The notes beneath the pieces were generated by a model. That model was not told where the DNA came from and did not search any database. It saw only the letters and a program-made list of their open reading frames with translations. Positions 26,993-39,064 of a DNA stretch of 64,000 bases are shown here, piece after piece. The DNA comes from Chiloscyllium plagiosum (taxonomy: Eukaryota). The stretch spans positions 48,240,378 through 48,304,377 of the forward strand of contig NC_057718.1 in the NCBI RefSeq assembly GCF_004010195.1. Direction: 5' to 3'. Numbering within the stretch: the first letter of the stretch is position 1; every line of letters begins with the position of its first letter. The position numbers were made by a program, and so were the translations under genes.

Positions 26993-27203
26993 ATTGATTG
27001 TCAGGAAAAACCCATCTGGTTCACTAATCACTAATACACTAATACTTTAGGAAAGAAAACCGCTGTCCTTACCTGGTCTGGCCTACATGTGACTCCAGAC
27101 CGACAGCAATGTGATTGATTCTTTAACTGTCCTGTGGCCAATTAAGGATGGGCAATAAATGCTGACCCAGCCAGTGGTGCCTGCATCCCATGAAAGAATA
27201 AAC
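26993..27203 (+). mobile_element. 5'-truncated SINE whose 3' tail matches the LINE at 4097-6645
   Basis: Core ccatctggttcactaat...ccttacctggtctggcctacatgtgactccagac; tail ggatgggcaataaatgctg...catcccatgaaagaataaa. Confidence 0.7.
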
Positions 27204-28397
27204 AAAGTCTTCCTCCCTAATATTTCCTCTTGATTCCCGCATCACTACCAAGTAACCTCAACCCATCCACAATAGCATGAACAAATTGTCTTGCAAGAAA
27301 GTCATATCGGCCACGACCTTATCTATATGCTCACATGTATACATTTATTAAGAGTGAGAAAAATGTAATTATCTAATTTTGCATTGTTGGGCATTATGGG
27401 GACAAACTATCTTAAGTTACATTTTTTATAATTGATATAGATACAGTTATATTGTACTCTTATTTATTAAATCTTTATTAATCGTTTGTATTTATGGAAT
27501 AAAACTATGCCAAATGCCTTTATTAGTCAAAACTCAACACTATAAGCTTTTGTTTAAACAACAGATGCCTCACACATAAACCAAGCTGCTGGAACAGCCA
27601 TTGGCTAGAATTAAAACAATTTGAAAAACAATGTTGGAATATTATACAGAAGAATGAGATACTGACTTGAACAAACCCAATTGTTGTCAAATTGTATTGT
27701 CATGAGATTAACAGAGGATTTCAAATAATGACCGAACAGTCACAGTTATGTTTTGCATCCTAATTTTAATTGGACATTCTCTGAAATATTTACTGCAATT
27801 TATAAAATTCTTTCACCTGTTCTCCCAGATTCTCAAAAAATTACTCACTATTGTAGAAGTCTGCTACTTTTCTACATAAAGCAGATCTTTCCACTTCCCT
27901 CCTATTATTCTAACTCCCAAAAGCTGAAAGCATCCAGAAAAACTATTTCAATGATCTATGCTCAACCCACTTTCGCTTCACACAAGATAGTTTTCAAAAA
28001 TCTCAATCACTCCCATCTATAACAATTTTCTTAACACCATATCCACCCTTTGAACCAGCTATTAGTCAATGTTTTTGATCTACTATATCCATGAAGTGCT
28101 CTCTGTGAGATGGCACTGAGAAGTGAGTGACCGGAATTGTGGCACCCAATATATTAGCTCTTGACACTCTTCTCTTGCCAAGACATGAGATTCAGAGCCT
28201 AGGTCTGAAGTCCATCCTGTGGAAGCACTGAAAAGGGTGCAAAGGATGAATATTTTATGCTGCTCTCTAGAGAATCATTGGTATCTGTGTAATCCCCTTG
28301 CAACCCACTGGCGCCAGGAACAGATATAGTAAAGATACTGGTCAGTTTTAGTACATTCCAAAACATCTACCTCAGGGCTGAGAGGTGACAAAATTCT

Positions 28398-28575
28398 GCT
28401 TTTATATTGTACCTTTAACATAGTAAAAGAATAAGATCATTGTTGATAACTAGGAATGAACGCACAGAAAGAGGCATCAGGATAAACGGTCAAAATCTGG
28501 TCAAACAGGCAGGGTCTAAGAAGCATTTTAAAAGGAGGAATGTTAGAAGGGTTTAGAGAAGGAATGCTAGAGTTT
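28398..28575 (-). mobile_element. L2-type 3' end remnant
   Basis: ttttatattgtacctttaacatagtaaaa...gaagggtttagagaaggaatgctagag resembles the reverse complement of the L2 tail at about 3130-3340. Confidence 0.5.
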
Positions 28576-29269
28576 AGCAGAAAACCAACTAGTTCAAAAG
28601 TCTTCTATTGAAACAGTGGCATTTTCAATGTCAGAAGCCACCAGTGTCAGAAAAGCAGCTCTTTAATGCTGCAGAAGTATTTTAGGCTGTTATAGGTTCT
28701 AGCATGTTGATGGAGTTGTGGGACGTCCTCTGCATGGTGTTGCAGATCCTAGTAGTAAATACTAGCCACTTGTTTGTTTCTTTCAAAATGTATCTACACA
28801 CCTCTTTACAATTAAAATCAAAGCAAAATATTAGAGCTACTGGAAGTCTAAAATAAAAACTAAGAATGTTGTTTCAAAGGGTCGCCCCTGGGCTTCTTGG
28901 CTAATATTGGTTATTTCTTGTACCTTCTGTGGTGGGGTTAAGGGTGGTACTTTTCCTGCCTTTAACATTTTGGTCTTTGTTGTTATGAGTGCTCAGTGTT
29001 TTGCTCCCTGATGGTGCTTCACATGTATAAACTATTCTTCCCCCCAAAGTGGTTGCCTTTGTTCTGGTGCCTGGGCAATGTGTGCTTTGATGCAATTGGT
29101 GATGAAGTGGCAAATGTGCTTCAGGCAGCTAATTATTCAGACGAGCAGTTTGGATGGTCGCAATCTGGCCATTGTTGTCCGCTGCTCAATCACTTGTTAA
29201 TGTGTTTGTGTGGATATTGTGATGATGCTGTGGCTTTGAGAGGTTCTTTTTTTGAAGAGTGCTTTTAAG

Positions 29270-29833
29270 GCAGAGGTACCGAGCAGTCTACCAGAGCCAC
29301 TAGACTAAACAGCTTGATAGGCCTCATTGTTTATTTTTAAAGTTGGAACAATAGAATCAATGTGTGTGAATTCTGTTAAATTCCCACAGAACCAGGATCT
29401 TTAGTTTAACTTTCAGCATGTGCTGCTGGGTTGTGAAGAGCTGTCCCTTCTCCAGCTTTCAGCTGTGGCAAAGAGGATTCTCTCTCAGAAATGTCTTTTG
29501 ATGTTCTTTCTTCCTGGATTGTTTTCTGAATTTGCCTTTTGCCAAGGGAGTAATCATGGGATATAGCTATACTGGAACTGTTAATTAGTAATAGTTACTG
29601 CATCTGTTGTTCTATTGCATTTTCCATTTGAGTTACATTATTCCAAGCCCTTCCTTTCTGTTGTTTATATTTTAACTAAAGTAGATGAATAAAATGTGTT
29701 TTGCTTTAAATCTGATAGTTTAGCAAATTGAATTGAATCAGCAGCACTTCATATTTACCTTTCTTGAGAGAAGAAAAGTGAAGGTCTAGACCCATCTTCT
29801 CAATTACTATAGGGGTTTGGTCAGGCCCATAAC
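29270..29833 (+). mobile_element. Probable solo LTR remnant
   Basis: Internal AATAAA (about 29688) and terminal ...ggtcaggcccataaCA, typical of an LTR 3' end. Confidence 0.4.
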
Positions 29834-30820
29834 AATATCCAACAGGATTTTGCCCATTACATTTGACAGTCATGATGTCTATTTATTTTCACTGTCTGAA
29901 TTTATGTGTGAAGAATGAACATTTGAAAGTTATTGATGGATTACTGGCATCGTCCTGCTACTTGACTCCTAACTTCTGGAAAAAGGAAGGTGAAAATTGG
30001 AAGCGAACATGAAATTAATTTTAATACTGTAAGGAACCACATTTATTTTTCCTTTCTGAATTATGAACTAGAGAACAGAAATTTGACATTGCTATTTGGC
30101 TTAAAAGTACAGGAGTTGTATTATCTGCAACCTGAAGATCAAGTGGGATTGAGTGGTGTGCACTCTAGTGATACAAGATTATGGGCACAATCTTACAGGA
30201 GTCTGAATGACTTGGGCGATGGCAAGATTTCTGGCAGAATTGGACAAGTCCAGTGAGGTTATCTTGATGTTTGGAACTTCTCATTGCTTGGCAAAAGCAT
30301 AAAAGATGCATTGAAGACGTTTCTCACTTAGCAGCAGAGAGTAGCCAATTAATGAGGTTATTCTTGTTAAGGCAGTTCATTTTATGAATGGCAATAGATT
30401 TACAAAGGGAAAGATGCAATGAGACCTGGGTGTCCTTGCACATCAGTTGCTGAAAGTAAGTATGCAGATTCAGCAGGTGGTGAAGAGGGTAAGCGTTATG
30501 TTGGCCTTCAAAGTGAAAAGGATTTGAATTCAGGAGCATGGATAACTTGCTGCAATTGTATGGGGCCTTGCTAAGATCACATCTGGAGCACTGTGTGTAA
30601 TTTTGGGCTGCTTACCTGAGGAAGGATGTTCTGGCTATGCAGAAAACGCAACAAAGGCTTACTAGACAGATTCCTGGTTGGCAGGACTGATGTATGAAGA
30701 GAGACAGGGACAGTCAGGATGATCTTCACTAGAGTTTAGAAGAATGTGGGGGTACTCATAGAGACTGATAAAAATTCTAACAGGAGTAAACATTGGTAAA
30801 TGCAGGAAGGATATTCTTGA

Positions 30821-31134
30821 TCAAAGTTTGTGAGAAGATTTGTAGCTCGGGTGCTCGTTGTTGTGGTTCTGTTCGCCGAGCTGGGAATTTGTGTTGCAGA
30901 CGTTTCGTCCCCTGTTTAGATGACATCCTCAGTGCTTGTGAGCCTCCTGTGAAGCGCTTCTGTGATCTATCCTCCGGCATTTGTAGTGGTTTGAATCTGC
31001 CGCTTCCGGTTGTCAGTTCCAGCTGTCCGTTGCAGTGGTCGGTATATTGGGTCCAGGTCGATGTGCTTATTGATTGAATCTGTGGATGAGTGCCATGCCT
31101 CTAGGAATTCCCTGGCTGTGCTCTGTTTGGCTTG
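30821..31134 (-). mobile_element. Penelope/Poseidon-type PLE 3' fragment (left inverted arm)
   Basis: Same terminus (tcaaagtttgtgagaagattt) as at 55007; encodes REFLEAWHS on the minus strand. Confidence 0.9.
30896..30935 (-). ncRNA. Minimal hammerhead ribozyme motif
   Basis: Minus strand: GCA-CUGAGGA-UGUCAUCUAAACAGGGGAC-GAAA-CGUC-UGC. Confidence 0.75.
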
Positions 31135-31820
31135 GGGATATGCAAACAGTGAAGTTGGTAGGGCGAGCTGAGAGGTCAGTTAAGAAAGCATTATGGGTCC
31201 TGACTAAGTAGAAAGCCAAGAAGTTATGATTAGCCTTTTTATAAAGTTCTTGTTTGGCCTAAACTGGAATCCTGTTCTGACAGCACGCTTTGGGGAGACA
31301 TTATAGATGATGCAGAAAAAATCCACAGAATAGGTCCGGGCACTGGGCGTATTCACCTTGGATATGAGAAGTTGAGAGGAGATTTGATCAAGGTGTTCAA
31401 AATCATGAGGCATTTAGGTGGAGATGATGGAAAGATTGATAACAAGTATATTTGGCAAAGAATGGTGATATGGCTAATGTATTTCAGTGATAAGTGGTCA
31501 AGATCTGAAATGCACTGTCAAGAGTGCAGTGGAGGCAGATTTCGAATGTGGCTTTGAAAAGAGATCATTATGTAAAGCAATATAATTTGCAGGCCTGCAG
31601 GGAGAAGGTGGGGATGTGGGACTAAGCGTGTTGTTCTTGAGTGATTTTTGCAGACTCAGGAGTGAATGACCTCCTGCAGTGCTGTAAGTGCCTTGTGATT
31701 CTGAATCTTTTTAATCTTGCTGTTTTAGCACATGGTTGGGTAGTGGCAAGTATATTTCTGCGGAGCAGATTGTGCCAATATCTGCTTCCCTTTGAAAATG
31801 TATTGAGTAGGTTTGAGTTG

Positions 31821-32146
31821 TAGTAGCCACACACGCAGATGATAAGCAACATGAATTTGACTGGGACAACACTAATATTATAGGACAAGCCAAACAGAGA
31901 ACAGCCAGGAAATTCCTAGAGGCATGGCACTCATCCACAGATTCAATCAATAAGCATATCGACCTGGACCAATATACCAACCACTGCAATGGACAGCTGG
32001 AACTGACAACCGGAAGCAGCAGATTCAAGCCACTACAAATGCTGGAGGAAAGATCACAGAAGCGCTTCACAGGAGGCTCCCAAGCACAGAGGATGTCACC
32101 TAGACAGGGGGCGAAATGTCTGTAACACAAAATTTCCCAGCTCGGT
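31821..32146 (+). mobile_element. Penelope/Poseidon-type PLE 3' fragment (right inverted arm)
   Basis: VATHADDKQHEFDWDN..IIGQAKQRTARKFLEAWHS. The hammerhead copy is mutated (CAGAGGA...GAAATGTC). Confidence 0.9.
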
Positions 32147-33233
32147 GGATATTCTTGATCATCAAGGAGTCTAGAACCAGAGGTCATAGTCTAAAGATAC
32201 ATGGTAGGTCACTTAAGACTGAGATAAAGGGAAATCTCTTCCCCCAGAGAGTTCAGTCTTTGGAATTCACTGTTACAGAAAGTAGCTGAGGCAAAATGAT
32301 TGAATGTTTTCAGGAAGGAATTAAATGTAGTCCTTATGGCTGAAGGGATCAAAGGGTTTGGGGTAAAAATGGGAACAGGATAGTGAGTTGGAGGTCAGGC
32401 AGCATCTGAGGAGCAGGAAAATCGATGTTCGGGCAAAAGGCCACATCTTTTTATTTCCTTTGTTTTTGGACAGTACACTGGAAAAGGAAGCTATTACTTT
32501 AAAGCAAGGTGACTGTGCAAATAGATGCAGTTTTTAAAATTGTTCTCTGGAGCACATTGTGAATTATAATCACTCACTCACTCACAATACTAGAAAATCT
32601 CCAGTAAGTGTTAGCTTTTTTCATTTACTTCTCTATGTAAATTCCCTCGTTGAACGAGGAATAACATACTATTTCTAGATTATTCTCAACTAGAGAATGA
32701 ATCATCATTTGATATGTGAACAATCTTGTGTCAACAGCAAACAACTCAAAAGAAGTTGAAACGAAGAGAGAGAAAAAGCAATTGATCGAATCCTGTGATG
32801 CAGCTTAGTGCTATTGAACAGAGATTCTGATTTTTTTTGTATACACACGCACAATTATTCATGTCCTGCCTGTATTTGTATATCTCTGTTTGTGAAGGGG
32901 AATTTAAGAAGGCATGAGTTGCAGGATTGTAAGTTAGCAACTGATGTTTCTTAATTGCCATTGGTTAAAGAGTATTAGTTTGTAATAAACAGTTCTGTTC
33001 CCGTTTATGTATAGGTGAGTACTTTCTTTTAACCTGAGTTTGTCAGTTACAAAAACTGGAGTGTTTGGAGAGTTTGATTAAATCTTTCACATTTGTAATG
33101 ACTATGGGAATAATGGGCTTGATTTGCAATCAATCATGGCAAACAGTAAAGATTTGCAACATGTCTTTAAGAGTTAACTGTTCAGATCACTAAATCCTCT
33201 CTTTGTACTTTCAGAACACTATATCAGTGAACA

Positions 33234-33529
33234 ATGCCGATAATGTCCTGGTTTAAATGGAGCAAGCCTAATCAAAGTTACTCTCAGAGGAACCCTGCTG
33301 ATGTGATCATTGAAACCCTCATGATGGAACTCAGCTGGCAGCTGAAACAAGCTGAGAAGATGCAGAGAGAGCGAGAGAATGAGTACAGGAGGATAAAAAC
33401 AGGTGTTGACTATAGCTGGCTAATCAGTCATCCCAAACAGAGCTATGAAGTGTCTCCAAGAGAGAGGCTAGAACTTGAAGAAGCTTGTTCCAAAATCCAC
33501 CCTACTTACTGTGGGCCTCTGGTACTCAG
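33234..33529 (+). CDS. RD3: RD3-family protein (retinal guanylyl cyclase regulator), first coding exon. The exon begins at 33215 with 19 nt of 5' UTR.
   Basis: Translates MPIMSWFKW...ETLMMELSWQ...RERENEYRRIKTGVDYSWL...KIHPTYCGPLVL(R). This is colinear with vertebrate RD3 (ETLMMEL, TGVDYSWL, KIHPSYCGP motifs). Acceptor ctttgtactttcag ends at 33214; donor AG|gtaatg at 33530. The exon carries 296 coding nt (phase 2). Confidence 0.95.
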
Positions 33530-36500
33530 GTAATGCCTCTGAAATCTGATATTTATACAAATTGCGTGGATCTCTCTACCAACAGATTTGTGCAAAATCT
33601 AAGCTAATTAGAGGATCTTAAAAGGTTAAATACATCAGAAACAGACTGAATGAACTGTTATAGCTTTCCTGCTAGTTAAGAGACAGCCAGAATCTGTGAC
33701 GATGTAGGGGTCAAGAAACACAAGGGATTGAACCTTATTTTTTTTTGGCTAATTCTGAATGTTATTGAGTTATCTGAATTGAGGCCAACCAAGATTGCTC
33801 ACTGTTTCTTAAAAACACGCTTCATTAACCACCTACCCCACCCCAATGATGTCCTTTCCATTCAATTCCAGCCCCATTTTACCACACACTGGTCCCAGAG
33901 CAACTCACCCCTCCGTGGATACTCTGGAATTCATCAACATCCTTTGTGCCCACTCTATCTGTTAAAAATTCACTGGGCACCCAGTCAAGCCCTGTCAGTT
34001 CAGAGCTGCCCTGCACAGTTCCTGACATTTGCCTCAGACATGACAAACAGGGGAAAGCCAGCACCTTGCTTTGTGGCCAGGAACCTGGAGGTCTTGATGG
34101 ATGGGGTTATGCAGAGGCAGTACCTCTTCATTAGCCCCCATGGGGTCCAAGACAACAGGTCATGGCAACCTTGTCTGAGCGTACCATCCTGGTTCGAGAA
34201 CTCTCAATTATCTGGAGGAATCCACAACTTCGTAGGAAGGTTTTCTGACCCTTGTCTAGTCTACCAGTGTAATCTTCTCTCTGATACCTCACTCTCACTC
34301 TGTCTTGGCTACTGCTCCACCTCCCATCAAGGCTAATGCTTTACTGCTCTCACTCTTCTGTTACTTGCACTAACCTTGTATGTCCTTTGTGCCACCTATT
34401 TTCTTGTCTGGGACACCTGACCACCTGCATTCAAAGTATATAGTCATACCACACACTATCATCTCCTTTAATACCTGCCTCTCTATCATTCCAGGAGGAC
34501 AACAACCCAAAAGGACAGAGAAAGTCAAGACAGGTGGCGAGCTGCGCAACCTTCAGCTCCTCATCCCTTCTGTGGAGACCATCCTGACTGTGATTAACCC
34601 CCAAGCAGCTAACAGTATTTCCAAGCCTTGAGACATATATCAAAGTCTGCCCTTGACCTGATGTGCAAGGGCACCCTGAACAAAGACTATCCTCCTGTCT
34701 TGCCTGCTTGACAGCCAAGACAATCTTCCTTTCTTTATGTTAGTGGCAATGGTAACTCAAAACAGAAGTCAAATGAGTCTGGTGTCTTTGCCTGAGGGGG
34801 CAAAGGCTAGGCAAAACAAGTCAAGGCAGGGATGCTGTGAACATCTAGATCGAATGAGTATAATGACAGTGAGTGGAGAGGCTGGAGGTGCAGACTGGAC
34901 CAGTCCATGTGCTAGGTATCTTCCCCGGAGCGCACAGTGTCCTTGCAGTAGCAGTACAATGATAATTGTCAGTACAGCCTTGAAGTGCTGAAACATCTCA
35001 TAAGTGGATTAGAGATGGGCTTTTAGGAGCTGGCACACGTCTGATGTCGATGGGAATGGGATGCATGTGAGCAGTTGCCTATGGACTGTGCACTGAAATG
35101 TTGTTGACCAGCGTCCCACATGGCGGTTGTTCAGAGCAAGTAGTGAACTGAATCTGTTAGGTACCTGGTATGATTTCCATGTTGGGTTTTCTTAACAATG
35201 AGTTTGGTTAACAAAGTGTTTGCCCAGCAATAATCCCCATTAACTGACAACTTCTCACTGCCCAGTGAGAAACTCACCACACCAGTTGTGAAACACATAA
35301 AAGATAGGACAAGATGCTCCCAACATCGAGATTGCCCTCGTTGGACTTTTTGTCTGATTCTAGACTCACCATAGTTCACTTTTTTCAGATATTTGGAAGG
35401 TTCTGCTCTGAGCTTTTTGTTTCCCTCCTTTCTGGAGAGTACCTGGCCACAAAGAAATCTCAAGTATCTGCTGTCTCTCTTCCCCATCCCCCTCCTGGAA
35501 TATAATATCTCTGCGAAGACCTAATTGAGATTTGGAATCCAATCTCACCAGCTACTGTGAATCAGTGGGTGTTTTAGGCTGCTTAATTTTATATTGTTTG
35601 CTATTGACCCCTTCATCCATTCTGGTGGGAGGTCAGCCAACAGAATTGAAATGTAGTCTGAATACTAATAGAGTATGATTTCTAGAAATGTAGGTGACTT
35701 ACCAAGTCTATTTGCTACTTGGTTAGACCAAACCTCCCCAGATTTAAAATTGTGACACATCTTTGTGAGATGATAATTTCAGTTATGTACCAGATAGGCG
35801 TATATCCCTTTCTATCTCACCTGTATCACTGCTGTTTCCTTCTTATTGTCCTATTCTCTCCACTATTGTGAGTTGAGATAAAACACTAATTCATTTTAAT
35901 TCCAGGTCTTTCTAATCATCATTTAACTACAAAATGTTTGTCAATTAGGTCCTCAAGATCTGCTAAACTTTGATCCAATGCAAATACTGAATTTGGTCAC
36001 GAGCTCGAACACTATATTCTCTGGAGTATTCATTATATATTAAGTACACATCTCAGAGGACCACATGACAATTTATCCCTCCTCATAAATCCTACCTTTC
36101 ATCCTTCACATTACAGGATCAGAGACTCACTTCTGCATTTTCACCTCTGTGCTTAGACCTTCTACATCTGACTATCCATCTATCTTTTTCACAATATATT
36201 TTCACCTTTGAGCTACAACACTGTAAGCAGCTGTCAATTTATCTTAGTGCCCAGCTGATTGCTAGGGCTAATCCTCTCTTCATATCTTTCAGTTTTTATA
36301 TTATTTCTTTAGTGGTTTCACAGCACTAAGCCTGAAACTGGTGATTTGTTCCTTAAAGCACTTTTAATACCATAGTTTGTTTATTGTGCTCATAGGTTTC
36401 CCAGTTTGAGATCAAAAACAGTGGCATCAGTTTGATAGAGAGGTAATTGGGGGACAATGTAGACTAAGAAGTGGTAGAGGTAGAAGAATAATTCCTTTAT

Positions 36501-39064
36501 TTTTAATGATAGGCTTGAAAAGATAGGTATAGTAATGTGTTTGACAATTACATGTATAAATAACAATAATAAATTAAGATTTTACAAATTTCAAGTAGTA
36601 CTCCACATATATACAACTTGCTCCAAAATTAGCAACAATACTTATCCAAAATGGAGGCAGTCAAAGAACATACTGGGTTTGTATCTCCTTTTTATGCAAT
36701 TCAAAGAAAGAAAGCATTCAGTGTTTAATTTATGCCAAGATGAACTTCCTTTGGAGTGTATTAATCTCAATCATTACACATACAATGACAGAGGCCTTCT
36801 ATTCTGGTTGATATTCTGCTACTCTTTGATGATTATCCAGCAACAACATTTGTTTCCATTGTTTGCTCTTCCCAAACTTTAACTTTTATCCTGAAATTTC
36901 ATCAAAAGATGAGATTTGCACCATACACGTCTAACTAATTTTAATCTATCCAAGTAGTTTATCCATAATTGAAACAACTGCTGTTTCGTCTGTTTTGCAT
37001 TAGTATAAAAATAATGACATCGTTACAGAATGAATCCTGCAGAACAAAATTGTGGAAAGAGAAACATAGAAAATAGGAGCATTCAGCCCATTGAGCTCAG
37101 TCTGCCCTTCATTATGATCATGGCTGGTCATCCAACTGAGTACCTTCTTCCTGTTTTCACCCCATACCCTTTGATCCCTTTAGAACATAGGCTTATATTT
37201 TAGATAAAGGGTATCAAACACTATACCATTGCTTTAATTTTTGCCTGCTGCTGTATCCCTATGACCCATTATGCCAAAACCTGCTGGATTTCTTTCTATA
37301 TTGCAATAACAACCTACAATCTTACTGAAAATGAAGTATGTTCTAAATCCCTCATTGATTAGTGTGCTGATCACCTCCTCTGATCAGGCAGCATTCTCAG
37401 AAATATAGTATACAGCATTATGATAAAATAATGCAGCACAGTTTTCTATACTGCTTCCAAACACAATCCCTAACTTCAATAGTAGCACCAAACTGAAGAA
37501 TTAAATCTTTTGAATGACCAACATTAGAAGTAAATGCAAAGTAGCAAATGTAAAGGCTCAGATTTGCTGTGATTAGCATGAATTGCATACTCCAATCGCT
37601 CTATATTACTAAACTGATTGAATTGCACTAACAAAGTGTAGTAATGATTCGAAAGTTTCAGGGAAAATAGCCCCAGCCTAATCAGCCTCTCCCTATTGCT
37701 CAAATCCTCCAACCCTGGCAACAACCTTGTAAATCTTCTTTGAACCCTTTCAAGTTTCATAATATCTTTCTTATAGCAGGGAGACCAGAATTGAATGCAT
37801 TATTCAAACAGTGGCCTAACCAATGTCTTGTACAGCTGCAATATGACTTCCTAACTCTTATACTCAATGCATTGACCAATAAAGGCAAGCGTACCAAATA
37901 CTGCCTTCACTACCTTGTCTATCTGCCACTCCACTTTCAAGGAATTATAAATCGCACTCCAGAGTAGAATAGAGTAGATTTTATTTTTCATTTCTACCAT
38001 ATACAACTGTTAACTTAAAAAATGAGACAGTGTACCTCCAGGATCAAGATGCTACATGGACAGCACATACTACACGATCATACACAGGATGGCATAAGGT
38101 GCATAAGAAGTGGAAAACACAAATTACAGTGTAATAAAAGAATGATAATTAATAGACATTGTTCTAGCAGTGATTTGAAGTCGTGCAAAGAATTTCAGGT
38201 GAAAAAGAGTCCAACCATACAGTGTTCAGGAGCCTGATAGCTTGGGGGGAGGAACTGTTGCATAGTCTGGTTGTGAGAGACTGAATGCTCTGGTATCTTC
38301 TGCCAGATGGCAGGAGGGAGAAGAGTTTGAGTGAGGGGTGCGTGGGGTCTTCCACAATGCTCTTAGTCTTTTGGATGCACACCATACCACAGTGTGTGGT
38401 GTTAATGTCTGTAATGGAAGGAACAGAGACCCCGACGATCTTCTCAGCTGTCCTCACTGTCCGTGTAGGGATCCAGGCAGTAATGCAGCAGCTCAGGGTA
38501 CTCTTGATGAACCCTCTGTAGAATGTGGTGAGGATGGGGGTTGGGAGGTGGGCTTTTCTCACCCTGCGCTGAAAGTAGAGACGCCACTGGGCTTTCTTGG
38601 CTATGGAGCTGGTGTTGAGGCATCAAGTAAGATTCTCTGCCAAATGTATGCCAAGAAATTTGGTGCTTTTCACGATCTCCAATGGGGAGGCCATCGATGT
38701 CCAGCGGAGAGTAGTCACTCTGTGTCCTCCTGAAGTCAACAACCATCTCTTTCTTCTTGTCCACGTTCAGAGACCAGTTATTGGCTCTGCACCAGTCCAT
38801 TAGCTTCTGCGCATCCTCTCTGTATGCTGGTTTATTGTTTCTGCTGATGAAGACCCACTACAGTCGTATCATCAGCAAACTTGATGATGTGATTCCACCT
38901 GTACATCGCTACACAGTCGTGTGTCAGCAAGGTGAACAGCAGTGGACTGAGCACACAGCCTTGGGGGGCCCCCTGTGCTCAGTGCGATGGTGTTGGAAAT
39001 ACTGTTCCCAATCCAGACTGACTGAGGTCTCCCAGTGTCCCAGTTACAAAGGGCTGTATTTAGG

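Larger units (their letters stand above)
30340..32392 (+). mobile_element. CR1 LINE interrupted by the PLE composite at 30821-32146
   Basis: CR1 RT C-terminal remnants before 30820 resume after 32161 (ESRTRGHSLKI). Confidence 0.8.

Noticed and set aside
32746..32961. Minus-strand ORF containing EIYKYRQ as a TDRD9 exon
   Set aside because: Only a short chance similarity; it lies in LTR-like sequence and lacks supporting splice sites.
33728..34336. 202-aa intronic ORF
   Set aside because: Non-ATG start and no recognisable domain; probably decayed repeat sequence.
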